Origin: Candidatus Nealsonbacteria bacterium
GTDB lineage: Bacteria > Patescibacteriota > Minisyncoccia > Minisyncoccales > UBA6532
Length of the DNA: 64,000 nt
NCBI GenBank assembly: GCA_016186485.1
Contig: JACPLN010000003.1
Span: forward strand, 23,305 to 87,304
Direction of reading: 5' to 3'
The notes under the pieces: generated by a model
Seen by the model: the letters and a program-made list of their open reading frames with translations, nothing else
Database searches by the model: none
What the model was told of the DNA's origin: nothing
Made by a program: the position numbers and the translations under genes
Shown: positions 48,168 through 57,894 of the stretch, one piece after another
Numbering within the stretch: position 1 is the first letter of the stretch
How the letters are laid out: each line of letters opens with the position of its first letter

Positions 48168-49397
48168 TTATAATCTATAGCGGCGGCGGTTTCGCCCGGG
48201 ATAGTTTACGGAACGGGGCGGATTGAACTGAAGACGAAGCCCGAGTTCTTTAGAAAAACGATCGGGTGGAGAAGACACAGGAATGGTTTTTCTGATAAGA
48301 CGTTCAATGCTTTGGACTTCATTCCGCTCGTTTGGGAGAGCAAAAGAAATAGCGTGCCCCCCTCTTCCAGCGCGCCCTGTTCGTCCAATGCGATGGACGT
48401 AATCCTCGGCTCTAGACGGCAAATCGTAATTAATAACGGTTTCAATCTCTTTTACATCAATACCTCTAGACGCTATATCTGTCGCGACAAGCACTCGGTA
48501 GCGGCCAAAGCGAAAACCATCCAGCGCTTCTCTTCGTTGAGCGAGCGATCTATTGGAATGGATTTCGGCAGCGCTCTCGCCAAAAGCGCGAAGATCTCTT
48601 GCAATACGTCTTGCGCCGAATTTTGTCCTGGTAAAAATCAGGGTAGGACCGCGATGCTCTTTCAACAAAACGCTCAAAAGCCGGAGCTTTGCGGCCTTCT
48701 CAACGATATATATTTCCTGAATCACATTTTCTATGGTTGTCCCCGACGGCGCTACTTCAACGTTTACGGGAAGTTTCATGTAGTCTCCGGCAATTTTCAT
48801 TACTTCGGGCGGAATGGTTGCCGAAAAAAGCATTGTCTGGCGATTTTTTGGCACCGCCTGGAGAATACGCTTTATTTGCGGCAAAAATCCCATATCAAGC
48901 ATCCTATCCGCTTCGTCAATTACAAGAACCGATACCCTGTCAAGCCGAATATTTTTTTGCTGCAAGTGGTCTAAAAGCCTTCCGGGGGTCGCAATAATAA
49001 GGTGCGGTTTTTTGAAAAGCGCTTGGACCTGCGGCCTAATTGGCGTTCCCCCGATAAGCACGGCGCTGCGGAGTCCAAGGCTATTTCCCAGCTTCCGCAG
49101 CATCTCGTCAACCTGAAGCGCCAGTTCTCTTGTCGGCAACACCACAAGCCCTTGTCCTTTTGTTTGGGCAAGCCTTTGTATCATCGGAACGCCAAAAGCA
49201 AGCGTTTTCCCAGTACCAGTCTGGGCAATTCCCACAATATCTTTCCCCTGAATTGCAATGGGAATCGCCTGAGTTTGAATGGGAGTCGGAGCCTTAAAGC
49301 GAAAACGGGCAAGTATTTCCAAAAGCGCCGGGGCAATGCCCAAGCCATAAAAACTGCCTGCTATATTTTCGTTAGTTCGTTCTTGTGATGAACTCAT
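48168..49397 (-). CDS. DEAD-box ATP-dependent RNA helicase, with GC content visibly above the window background
   Basis: Q-motif, 'AQTGTGKT', 'DEAD', 'SAT' and 'HRIGRTGRAG'. GC is about 50%. Confidence 0.9.
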   Translation of the reverse strand: MSSSQERTNENIAGSFYGLGIAPALLEILARFRFKAPTPIQTQAIPIAIQGKDIVGIAQTGTGKTLAFGVPMIQRLAQTKGQGLVVLPTRELALQVDEMLRKLGNSLGLRSAVLIGGTPIRPQVQALFKKPHLIIATPGRLLDHLQQKNIRLDRVSVLVIDEADRMLDMGFLPQIKRILQAVPKNRQTMLFSATIPPEVMKIAGDYMKLPVNVEVAPSGTTIENVIQEIYIVEKAAKLRLLSVLLKEHRGPTLIFTRTKFGARRIARDLRAFGESAAEIHSNRSLAQRREALDGFRFGRYRVLVATDIASRGIDVKEIETVINYDLPSRAEDYVHRIGRTGRAGRGGHAISFALPNERNEVQSIERLIRKTIPVSSPPDRFSKELGLRLQFNPPRSVNYPGRNRRRYRL

Positions 49398-49409
49398 ATA
49401 ATAATTTAA

Positions 49410-49664
49410 TTAACCGTGTCTTATTTTAAAAACCAGAACGGTTATAATAAGACAAAGAGAAATTAAATTTGCTATCATTATCGGTAAATTTTTTATCATC
49501 AAACCGTAAATCAGCCATAATAAAGACCCCGCTGTTATAATGGCATACATTGGCAAAGAAATATCCTTAGTGGTTTTTGTTTTAACGGTTTTTATTACCT
49601 GAGGGACAAAAGAAGAAGTTGTCAGTATTGCCGCCAGGAAACCTAATAAAGTTATCCAATTCAT
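49410..49664 (-). CDS. SemiSWEET (PQ-loop) family small sugar transporter
   Basis: 84 aa, 3 TM helices, 'FVPQVIK' PQ motif. Confidence 0.65.
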   Translation of the reverse strand: MNWITLLGFLAAILTTSSFVPQVIKTVKTKTTKDISLPMYAIITAGSLLWLIYGLMIKNLPIMIANLISLCLIITVLVFKIRHG

Positions 49665-49729
49665 ATATTTTAGTATACCTTAATTTTAAGAAATGAAAAA
49701 AGCGGGTTGAAGTTATCGCACCGCACTTA

Positions 49730-50197
49730 CTATGCTTGAACTTGTTTCTTGCTTAAAGGATCGTATCTCGTCAGCTGTTTACCAATCTCATACCATCCAC
49801 AATACTCGTTACAGTCTCTTGCAAACGGGGAATGATCGTGGACAAAAATCTTCTCCCCCCCTTTTTCTTTAAGAGGTACCCACCACGCTCCATAACCGTA
49901 AACAATCTCTCCGTTATCCAACCGTATCTTGGGATTGGTCACCTTCTCATAATCTTCCCTATGATACACCTTTCCGCTATTCGGAGATTTAAGACCTTCG
50001 CGAGGTATTGGACCGTGAGTAGCTTCAAATGCAATATCTCCTCTTTCTTCCTTAAGATATGTTCCGTATCCTATGACTTTCTTAAAAGTTTCGTCAGCAA
50101 AGACAGCGACTCGCGTTCCAGGCTTTATCTTTATCTTTGTCTTTTTCCCCTCTATCTCGCTATAATACTTTTTTCTCTTACCCATCCCAATAACCAC
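49730..50197 (-). CDS. Hypothetical protein
   Basis: ORF only. Confidence 0.4.
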   Translation of the reverse strand: MVIGMGKRKKYYSEIEGKKTKIKIKPGTRVAVFADETFKKVIGYGTYLKEERGDIAFEATHGPIPREGLKSPNSGKVYHREDYEKVTNPKIRLDNGEIVYGYGAWWVPLKEKGGEKIFVHDHSPFARDCNEYCGWYEIGKQLTRYDPLSKKQVQA

Positions 50198-50239
50198 TCT
50201 AACCTAATACTATTATAAAAGTAAACCGTGTCAATCTAG

Positions 50240-50310
50240 TTCCGGGGCTTGGATTCGAACCAAGATTCCATGCTCCAGAGGCATGTGGCCTACCTTTAGC
50301 CGATCCCGGA
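50240..50310 (-). tRNA. tRNA-Gln (anticodon CUG), U1-A72, no encoded CCA
   Basis: Cloverleaf with D-arm GGCU-AAAGGUA-GGCC, anticodon stem CAUGC/GCAUG with loop CUCUGGA, and T-arm CUUGG-UUCGAAU-CCAAG. Confidence 0.8.
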
Positions 50311-50340
50311 ATGATTTTTCTTGGCAACAACGTGTAAAAT

Positions 50341-51249
50341 TTACACCTTAAGGTAGCTTCTGATTGATATTAAGCTAGAAATTGAACCCAACAGAAACCC
50401 TGCACCAAACTGAATTAATAGAACCAAAGCAATATTATTGAAGAAGAATTGATGAATATTAAGCCCTGGCAATAAAACATTGAGTTTCGGTCCCATAAAA
50501 TAAAGGGTTACCCCAAACATAGCGACCGTTATAAAAGCGGCCAGGCCCCCGGATATTATCCCTTGGATTAAAAACGGACCTCTGATAAACCAGTTGGAAA
50601 CCCCGACTAGACGCATTATTTCAATCTCTTCTTTAGAACTGTAAATTGTATTCCTTATTTGGTTAAAAGCAAGGCCGACGGCCACCGCCGATAAAGCCAT
50701 AATTGTTATTATGACAATGGTGTTGATGCTCAAAACTATGGAGTTTAACCTTTCAATAACCGGCTTTCTCTGAAGAAAATCTATTTTTTCAACCAAGTTA
50801 TAAAATGCGCTTCTCTGTATTGATGAAGCCACTCTGGAATAAGAAGACGCATCAAATGTTTGGATATTAAGCGAGGCCAAAAATGGATTGGTTCCAATTT
50901 CTTCTAAAGATTCGGTAATGGCTTTATTTCCCTTGTGCCTTTCGGAAAACTTTAGGTAAGCGTCTTCTTTGGAAACAAAGTCCACTTTTTTAATTTCGGG
51001 CATCTTGGTTATAGAATTCTTAATGTCAAGGATTTCCGTTTCTGGGGTACCGTCTTTGAAATAAACGGCTATATCCACTCTTTCTTGAAGTTCGGTTGTT
51101 AAAAATCTCGTTGTTTCCTGAAAAAGAAATAAAAAGGTTATAAGAGAAATTGTAAGCACCAAAACAAAAACCGTGGCTATAGCCATGCCAACCTGCCTTT
51201 TTAAATTAAGCCATCCCCAATGAAACGCTCTTTTTAAAGAAGTAGTCAT
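50341..51249 (-). CDS. ftsX: Cell-division ABC-transporter permease FtsX
   Basis: 4-TM FtsX topology with a large periplasmic loop, adjacent to ftsE. Confidence 0.85.
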   Translation of the reverse strand: MTTSLKRAFHWGWLNLKRQVGMAIATVFVLVLTISLITFLFLFQETTRFLTTELQERVDIAVYFKDGTPETEILDIKNSITKMPEIKKVDFVSKEDAYLKFSERHKGNKAITESLEEIGTNPFLASLNIQTFDASSYSRVASSIQRSAFYNLVEKIDFLQRKPVIERLNSIVLSINTIVIITIMALSAVAVGLAFNQIRNTIYSSKEEIEIMRLVGVSNWFIRGPFLIQGIISGGLAAFITVAMFGVTLYFMGPKLNVLLPGLNIHQFFFNNIALVLLIQFGAGFLLGSISSLISIRSYLKV

Positions 51250-51279
51250 AGATAGTAAGTAGAAAATAGTAAATAGAAA

Positions 51280-51972
51280 TTAAATGATGAATTTACCCTC
51301 CTTTTCATCTCTAATAATTCTTCCTTCTTCCAAAGTAATCACCCTTTGGTTAAGATTATTTATGATTTCTCTGTTATGGGTCGCCAGAATCACGGTAGTT
51401 CCAATTTGATGGACTTTTTGCAAAAGCCGGATAATGTCTTGAGTGTGATAAGGATCAAGGTTGCCGGTCGGTTCGTCTGCCAAAAGCACCTCGGGACGGG
51501 AAACCAGAGCTCTGGCTAAAGCCAATCTTTGTTTTTCTCCGCCGGAAAGCTCGGCCGGGAAATTATTGTTTCTGTGAGACAGCTCTACTATATTTAAAAC
51601 CTCGGCTGCGTCTTTCTCTATTTGGTCGTCTCCAATTCCCAGCGCCTGAAGAACAAAAACAATATTCTCCAAAGCGGTTTTGGTTTGCAAAAGCTTGTAA
51701 TCCTGGAATACGGCTCCAATTCGCCTTCTTAATAACGGCAGATGCGAGCTTTTAATGGTTCTTACGTCCTCTCCGTTAAAAAAAACGTCTCCCAGATTGG
51801 GCTTTTCCTGACCCAAAATAATTTTCAGCAAAGTTGTTTTCCCCGCCCCCGATCTTCCAACCAAAGAAACAAACTCTCCTCTTTCAATATCAAAAGATAC
51901 GTTATCTATGGCCTTGATTGGACCCGAAAGCGAATTATATATTTTTGTAACGCCTTTAAAAGATATTATCAT
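51280..51972 (-). CDS. ftsE: Cell-division ATP-binding protein FtsE
   Basis: 'GRSGAGKTTLLKII', 'LSGGEKQRLALARAL' and 'LLADEPTGNLD'. Confidence 0.9.
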   Translation of the reverse strand: MIISFKGVTKIYNSLSGPIKAIDNVSFDIERGEFVSLVGRSGAGKTTLLKIILGQEKPNLGDVFFNGEDVRTIKSSHLPLLRRRIGAVFQDYKLLQTKTALENIVFVLQALGIGDDQIEKDAAEVLNIVELSHRNNNFPAELSGGEKQRLALARALVSRPEVLLADEPTGNLDPYHTQDIIRLLQKVHQIGTTVILATHNREIINNLNQRVITLEEGRIIRDEKEGKFII

Positions 51973-53028
51973 TATTTCTTTATTCCGGCCTCAATAAACT
52001 GATCTAATTCCCCGTCTAATATCTCTTCTGTTTTTGACGTTTCAATTCCCGTTCTTAAATCTTTCACTAGTTTATAAGGATGCAAAACATATGATCTTAT
52101 TTGGTTTCCCCATTCAATTGAAACTGGTTTTCCTTTGACGTCTTTTAATTCTTTAGCCTTTTCCATTTCTTTTAGCTGGTATAGCTTAGCGTAAAGCATT
52201 TTCATTGCCGTTTCTCTGTTTTGCCCCTGGAGGCGCTCTGACTGGCAAGAAACCACGATTTTGCTCGGTAAGTGAGTAATTCTAACCGCGCTTTCTCTTT
52301 TATTGACATACTGGCCTCCAGGTCCCGAAGCTCTGAATGTATCAACCTTTAAATCTTGGGGCTTAATTTCAATGTTTTCAAGTTCATTTTTGATTTCCGG
52401 CAAAACTTCAACCATGGCAAATGAAGTATGACGCAGCTTTTTTGCGGAAAAGGGAGACATCCTTACCAGCCTGTGGACCCCGGACTCTCTTTTCAAAAAT
52501 CCGAAAGCATAACCGCCGCTTATTTCCATTGTTGCGGATTTGACGCCGATTCTGCCTTCGGGGCCTCCGCCTTCGCCAAAACTCTGGTGCAAAACTTTAG
52601 TTTTCCAGCCCTTTTTCTGGCAATACCTTTCATACATCCTCAAAAGCATGGTTACCCAATCTTGGGCGTCCTGGCCGCCGGCCCCCGCGTTTATGGACAA
52701 AATGGCGTTTCCCTTATCGTATCTTCCAGAGAGAAAAACAAAAATCTCCTTGCTTCTTAATTTCTTTTCAAATTGGGTAACGTCAGCTTCGCTCTCCAGC
52801 AAAGAAAGATCATCGTTTAAATCTTCAAATTCCTTAAGTTCGTCTTGAAGTGTTTTTAGTTCCTGGGTCACCCTTGTCGCCCTATCTTTGTCTTTCCAAA
52901 ATTCCGGACTTTCAATCTCTTTCTCAAGCTCTTTTATCTTTTCTTTGTGATGCGCGACTTCAAAGATGGTCGGCTAGTTTTTGCAGCCGACCCATCAATT
53001 CTCCTAATTTTTCTGAAATTGGCTTCAT
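51972..53028 (-). CDS. prfB: Peptide chain release factor 2, expressed through a programmed +1 ribosomal frameshift (frame 0: 53028-52960; frame +1: 52961-51972)
   Basis: The upstream 22-codon ORF MKPISEKLGELMGRLQKLADHL ends at CTT-TGA. A +1 shift continues as EVAHHKEKIKELEK..., joining the 299-aa track ORF that contains 'ASGPGGQYVNKRESAVRITH' (GGQ). This parallels the E. coli RF2 autoregulatory site CUU UGA C. Confidence 0.9.
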
Positions 53029-53070
53029 TTTAAGTTATTTTACCAATAAACCAGCTAAAAGAAAAGGGCT

Positions 53071-53577
53071 CTAAAGATTTCTTAGAGCTCTTAATGGTTT
53101 TTCGTGATTTGAATGAACCGCTATTATCCTTTCCATCGGAACATCATCAAACATTTTTTGCCACAATATTTTTTGTTTTTTGTTAAATTCCGATTGAAGA
53201 ACCCAGTCTGAATCCCGATCTGATTCTTGGATAATAAAGCCTTTCTTTGCCAAGAATTTCCTTTCTATGGAAAGAAACCCTTTTTCATTAATAATGGCTA
53301 TCACTCCTGCCAGACCAGATTGGCCAAATAGTCTTTCCCAGGCTGCAAGCTTATTTTTATTTAGCTTGCTTTTTATAAGCTGTCCTCCGCTATCGGTCAG
53401 GTCCAAAAGAGTTAGGATGCAAACAGAAGGCATAAGATTAGCGAAAATAATGTGCCAAGCCCGATGATCTTTGCTCGACCACATAAAACAATCATCCGAT
53501 CTTCCTCCCCTGGAACGCGGAACAACATGATGCCTAGACCCGTGGTAAGACCTTTTGTTTGAACCCTTATTGCCCAA
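53071..53577 (-). CDS. HNH-endonuclease-domain protein (N-terminal HNH motif plus an unknown C-terminal domain)
   Basis: 'HHVVPRSRGGRSDD...DHRAWH' resembles the HNH betabeta-alpha-Me core. Confidence 0.55.
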   Translation of the reverse strand: MGNKGSNKRSYHGSRHHVVPRSRGGRSDDCFMWSSKDHRAWHIIFANLMPSVCILTLLDLTDSGGQLIKSKLNKNKLAAWERLFGQSGLAGVIAIINEKGFLSIERKFLAKKGFIIQESDRDSDWVLQSEFNKKQKILWQKMFDDVPMERIIAVHSNHEKPLRALRNL

Positions 53578-53646
53578 TCGCTATTTCACCCACGTCAAAA
53601 AACCCCTTTTTGTATTTTCCCTAAAATCAAAAAAAAGTCAAATTAG

Positions 53647-54309
53647 TTAGAGCAACTTGAAATTGTTTATCACCAGGCCGAACTTATACCCAAGATATTC
53701 TGCGGCCTTGCGGCAATAAACCATTCTCTCTGTGAAAATTTCAAAATACTCCATTACTGGAACAAAATTGGTGTCAATTTTAAGATTCAAGGTGATTATT
53801 TTCTTTTGCTTGTTAAAGCCGAGCTTTGTGGATTTAACGGCGAAATTTACTCTGTTATGAATATCCTCCTTTATTATTTTCATATCTTTTATTGTCACCC
53901 TTGACCTTCTAACGTCGGATTTATCTGCCAAGACCACTACCGCTGAAATAGGATCTGAAAACTCCATGTCAAATTTATCGTGATTGGCTATGGCCTGCAT
54001 TAAAAGAGCCATTTCCGCCGGGGAGAAATCTTTTGCAAAAGTCTGGTAGAAAATAAGGGCGCCAAAATAGTTGTGGTATCCCCTGCTCAAGAAATTAGCG
54101 AAGTCGTGGGCAAATCCGGCAATTGCCGACAATTCCTGCTCTTTTTCTGCAAGGCCTATTTCCATGGCTATTGTTCTTGCCCTATCCGACACTAAGCTGG
54201 CATGATCAAAACCATGATTGGTATATTTTAAATTATGCATCCTCGTTTCAGTCCGCTTTATGAACTCTGAAAGATAAGGATTAGATTTTAACTGATTTAG
54301 GGTTATCAT
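53647..54309 (-). CDS. HD-domain phosphohydrolase
   Basis: 'HGFDHASLV...IAGFAHDFANF...ANHD' His/Asp ladder. Confidence 0.6.
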   Translation of the reverse strand: MITLNQLKSNPYLSEFIKRTETRMHNLKYTNHGFDHASLVSDRARTIAMEIGLAEKEQELSAIAGFAHDFANFLSRGYHNYFGALIFYQTFAKDFSPAEMALLMQAIANHDKFDMEFSDPISAVVVLADKSDVRRSRVTIKDMKIIKEDIHNRVNFAVKSTKLGFNKQKKIITLNLKIDTNFVPVMEYFEIFTERMVYCRKAAEYLGYKFGLVINNFKLL

Positions 54310-54317
54310 ACTTAAAA

Positions 54318-55085
54318 TTACTCAATTTCATACTGAAGAGTTACGCTCACCTTTATTTCCTGGGAGCCGGGCTCAACAGCCGGAGCGCTTGAACCTCCTT
54401 TTGCGCTGAATTCATACAAAGGATAGGAATACGGAGTTATCCCTCCTTCCTGTATTGATAACAGTTTTCCCAAGCGGAACCCGCCGGCTTTAGCCGTTGC
54501 CTTTGCTTTTTCTTTTGCCAAAGCGATTGCTTCGGCCCTAGCCCGATTTTCAAGTTCTGTTCTATCTTCTATCGTAAAAGCGAGATTAGAAACGGCATTT
54601 GCTCCGCGATTTACCACTTCGGATATTATTTCTCCAACAATGGAAAAATCCCTAATTTTTACCTCTACTGCTTGGGTTACGGTATATCCTACTATGGTTG
54701 GCGGAAGGCAATCTCCCCCCGCTTCCGGACAGCTATAATATTTATAGCGAGGAGTAATCAGGTATGACTGGGTTTTGATGTCCTTGCTTTCAATGCTCTT
54801 TGACTTTAAAAATTCAATTGCCTGGTTCGCTTTCAATGTATTTTCTTCCTGAAGCGCTTTAAGGCCCAAGCCCCCCTCTGTCACTACGCTAAAACTGAAG
54901 GTGGCCAAATCAGGTATTGCCGCAACTTTTCCCTCTCCTGAAACAGAAAAGCTCCTGAAGGACGATGGTTCGGTTGAAGCGTCGTAGCTTCTTACAAAGC
55001 TGACGGCGGAATAAGAAAAAGATATTAGAGCTAAAATGACCGAAGCCCACAAGGCGTCTTTAATTTTGTTTTTAATGTTTTCCAT
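54318..55085 (-). CDS. SIMPL-domain (DUF541) secreted protein
   Basis: N-terminal TM/signal and C-terminal 'VEPGSQEIKVSVTLQYEIE', typical of SIMPL proteins. Confidence 0.7.
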   Translation of the reverse strand: MENIKNKIKDALWASVILALISFSYSAVSFVRSYDASTEPSSFRSFSVSGEGKVAAIPDLATFSFSVVTEGGLGLKALQEENTLKANQAIEFLKSKSIESKDIKTQSYLITPRYKYYSCPEAGGDCLPPTIVGYTVTQAVEVKIRDFSIVGEIISEVVNRGANAVSNLAFTIEDRTELENRARAEAIALAKEKAKATAKAGGFRLGKLLSIQEGGITPYSYPLYEFSAKGGSSAPAVEPGSQEIKVSVTLQYEIE

Positions 55086-55148
55086 GTTTTAATTTTACCA
55101 TAAAAATAAAAGCAATAAAAAGTGGCGCGAACCAGCACCACATTAAGT

Positions 55149-55637
55149 TTAGATTTTATTCAATTTCATTTCTTTCGGTATTTTTGAGGCTATAAGAATT
55201 AATAATCCCGCCCCAGCAAATGGATTATCCGAATCTCGACCAAGATAAATTGCCGCGTTTCTTTTCTTGAACGCATTGTACAGCTCGGCTAAGAATTCCC
55301 CGTACTCATTTGAAACAATTATACCGAAAGCGCCGTCGCACCAGGCTGCGGCAATCTCTTTTGTTTGCGAATCAAGTTCAGGGTTTCTCCACGCCAATTC
55401 TTCCCCATGCCCATAAATGCTGAATACAAAGCAAGAATGCGTTTTTCTTTTTTCAAAGAAAAACAGTTCTTTGTTAAATTTTGTTATTCTTCCTCCTTTG
55501 ATGCCCAATGCTGTTTTTGTTTTTTCTATTCCCCATTCGTGTTCTGCGCAAAAATCCCAGCCAAGATTTACCCCGATAATTCTTTCCCCGTTTCTTACAA
55601 GATACGGATTCCTCCCTCTCCTAATTCCCATTTCCAA
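55149..55637 (-). CDS. Hypothetical protein (island gene 1)
   Basis: The ORF has its own downstream hairpin-U terminator, GTGGTGC...GCGCCAC-TTTTT, at about 55113-55133. Confidence 0.4.
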   Translation of the reverse strand: MEMGIRRGRNPYLVRNGERIIGVNLGWDFCAEHEWGIEKTKTALGIKGGRITKFNKELFFFEKRKTHSCFVFSIYGHGEELAWRNPELDSQTKEIAAAWCDGAFGIIVSNEYGEFLAELYNAFKKRNAAIYLGRDSDNPFAGAGLLILIASKIPKEMKLNKI

Positions 55638-55743
55638 TCCTCTCCTCTATTAATGAGCTAAAACCATTATTGCAAGTATAAATAGTAAGTCAAGCAAATA
55701 AAAAAAGTGTCGGGTTTCCCCTGACACTAATTCTTACTACTTT

Positions 55744-56016
55744 TCATTTTTCTACCTCTGGAATATAGTAATATCCTTCGCTGTCTTTTTTGTAAAACCT
55801 CCCCTTTCTCGGGATTTCTATTTTGGTGTGATATTCAATGATTTTCCCATCTTCTTTTATTACTATCGTTTCTTTGTGTTTTCCGTGTCCGCAACAACAA
55901 GCTAAAGTTTTTATTCCGCTTTCATTCAAGATTTTGATAAAATTCTTCATGCATTTATCTATTCTTAGCTTCCTTCCGTTTAATTCAAATAATATTGACA
56001 TTCTTTGCTTACACAT
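55744..56016 (-). CDS. Hypothetical small Cys-rich protein ('LACCCGHGKH')
   Basis: 90-aa ORF with its own terminator at about 55690-55720. Confidence 0.35.
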   Translation of the reverse strand: MCKQRMSILFELNGRKLRIDKCMKNFIKILNESGIKTLACCCGHGKHKETIVIKEDGKIIEYHTKIEIPRKGRFYKKDSEGYYYIPEVEK

Positions 56017-56126
56017 TTTTAATCTACTAATAAAAGACTACTTCAAACAAATAGCCTGTCAACCCTCAGCTGGGCATGTTTACATTCCGGATTTGAGTTT
56101 TAGGAAAAAAAAATTGGTTGAAGTTT

Positions 56127-56681
56127 TCAGGCCCGTTGTTTAAGGTATTTCCACACCTCTAGCAACTTTCCTGAAACTGCAACCTCAACGAATTTCTTCC
56201 ATGGTATAAGGAAGGGATATGGTGGAGCGGAATCTTGTGTGAAACCAAGAGCTTTTAGAAGTTTGATTAACCCACTCGTTCCAGTATCGAAAATGACGGT
56301 CTTTGGCCTTGGCAGAACCCGACCAGCAAACATCTCTTCAACCTCGTTCTTTGTTAGAGGGGCTCTGTAATCATCACTCATTATACTATCGTATGCCTCT
56401 ATCGCAGCAATCCATGACTCCATACGTCTTAATTTTGTTTCGTAGGGTACCTCTCTTCCTCTTTTGGCACCGAGGAACATATGCATCCGCGCAACATAAG
56501 GATTATTAAAGATATCATGCCAGTCTAATAGAAAATCCTCATGCCAGTCTAAACCCTCATTTAGGTGTGTGGTTATTCCTCCGTAGACTGCCAGTGACCA
56601 TACTTTCAGATTCCATACCCTTCTCTTGCTCCTCCAGCTGAATTTTACTTCAGCCCCAATCGTCTTGATCTGATGATCCAT
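56127..56681 (-). CDS. Hypothetical protein (island gene 3)
   Basis: 184-aa ORF. The upstream region has a strong promoter TTGACA-17-TATCAT and a GGAGG ribosome-binding site. Confidence 0.45.
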   Translation of the reverse strand: MDHQIKTIGAEVKFSWRSKRRVWNLKVWSLAVYGGITTHLNEGLDWHEDFLLDWHDIFNNPYVARMHMFLGAKRGREVPYETKLRRMESWIAAIEAYDSIMSDDYRAPLTKNEVEEMFAGRVLPRPKTVIFDTGTSGLIKLLKALGFTQDSAPPYPFLIPWKKFVEVAVSGKLLEVWKYLKQRA

Positions 56682-56803
56682 TTCCCCTTATCTCGCCTCC
56701 GCTTAAATGATAACATAATATTTATATTTTGTCAATCACTAATCATTGAAAATAAATAAATTTTTAGTGCTCTAATTTATTGAAATAAAAAGGCGGATTG
56801 AGG

Positions 56804-57253
56804 TTATCGCACCGCTAAAAATCTGGAAATAGCATTGAATACATTTTCTTCATGCCATTCTTCTTCTCCGTATCGCAAACGAATCTCTATAAAGCAGATT
56901 CCTTTTGTGCTGTATTTTTTTTCCAACTCTTCAGTCCGCCAATTTTTTATCTGAAGCGGCAAAATCAGACCGTCATCAAAACTCAATATAATGTCTTTTC
57001 CTTCTTTATCTTCCTGACTTCCTTGCGTTATCCATTCAATATTTGTTATTATTCTCCTTCCCGGAAACTTTTTACCGATTGTTTTAAAGTGCTCTAAGAT
57101 TTGTACGGCTCTTTTTTCGGCGCTTCTGCCTCTTTCTGTTCGTTCCCTACCAACCTGTCTTTGTGTTTTGCGCACCATTTTTTGTTGGCCACGAATCCAC
57201 CAATTCCAATTAAAGTCCTTCCTGCCTCCCCCACGATGCCCATAACGACCCAT
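56804..57253 (-). CDS. Hypothetical protein with an Arg/Gly-rich N-terminus and a possible PD-(D/E)xK-like 'FDDG...LQIK' motif
   Basis: ORF with a promoter-like TTGACA-17-TATTTT upstream. The nuclease-motif assignment is weak. Confidence 0.4.
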   Translation of the reverse strand: MGRYGHRGGGRKDFNWNWWIRGQQKMVRKTQRQVGRERTERGRSAEKRAVQILEHFKTIGKKFPGRRIITNIEWITQGSQEDKEGKDIILSFDDGLILPLQIKNWRTEELEKKYSTKGICFIEIRLRYGEEEWHEENVFNAISRFLAVR

Positions 57254-57396
57254 TTTTTCCGTTTATAAAATAACAAATTTTAAAAGAATTGTCAAATAAG
57301 AAACGGTGCATTATCTCTATATCTTCCTTGATATCAAATTTTGCAGCGGGCGCTGGCCGACATTAAAACCTGTTTAAGAATAAAAAAGGCGGTTCG

Positions 57397-57762
57397 TCAA
57401 TCCATCCACAGGATTGAACCAATGTATCCAATCATGATTCCCATAATAACGAGTACTGCTTCTGCCCAATATGCGAAATTAAGATTAAATAACAGGTGAC
57501 CCATGACTACAAGCACTCCGATCATTATAAGCCAAATCAATCCCGGCAGTTGAAGCGTTGGCCCTGCTCCTCTTCTCATGTTTTCTAGGATGACAAGAAC
57601 AAAAATAAACACGATGCCTACTAATGGACCAAGCCAACCTTGATTCATATAGGTAAAGAGAGTCAGGATGGTTACTAATCCTAATATTGGTACGCCAAAG
57701 ATCCAGAAAGCAATAAGGTGATCATTCCCCATAATTTCTCTCCTCCAAAGAACTAAATTCAT
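57397..57762 (-). CDS. Small integral membrane protein (4 TM helices)
   Basis: ORF with a strong terminator hairpin overlapping its stop (GGTTCAATCC...GGATTGAcgAACC followed by U6). Confidence 0.45.
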   Translation of the reverse strand: MNLVLWRREIMGNDHLIAFWIFGVPILGLVTILTLFTYMNQGWLGPLVGIVFIFVLVILENMRRGAGPTLQLPGLIWLIMIGVLVVMGHLLFNLNFAYWAEAVLVIMGIMIGYIGSILWMD

Positions 57763-57894
57763 AGTAGATGCCTAAAGAGTTTTGTCAATAAATATTGTCT
57801 ACGTTCTATCCCGAAGCGCAACAGGAAACAAAAACCGCCCGGCGATGGGTGGTTTTTTGGGCGTCTCGGTCACCCGAAACGTGCCCTAGACAGG

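Noticed and set aside
48206-49388. Several 60-220-aa ORFs overlapping the DEAD-box helicase in other frames
   Set aside because: They are by-products of the locally elevated GC content. The helicase frame carries all canonical motifs, and the overlapping frames have low-complexity Arg/Ser/Pro-rich compositions.
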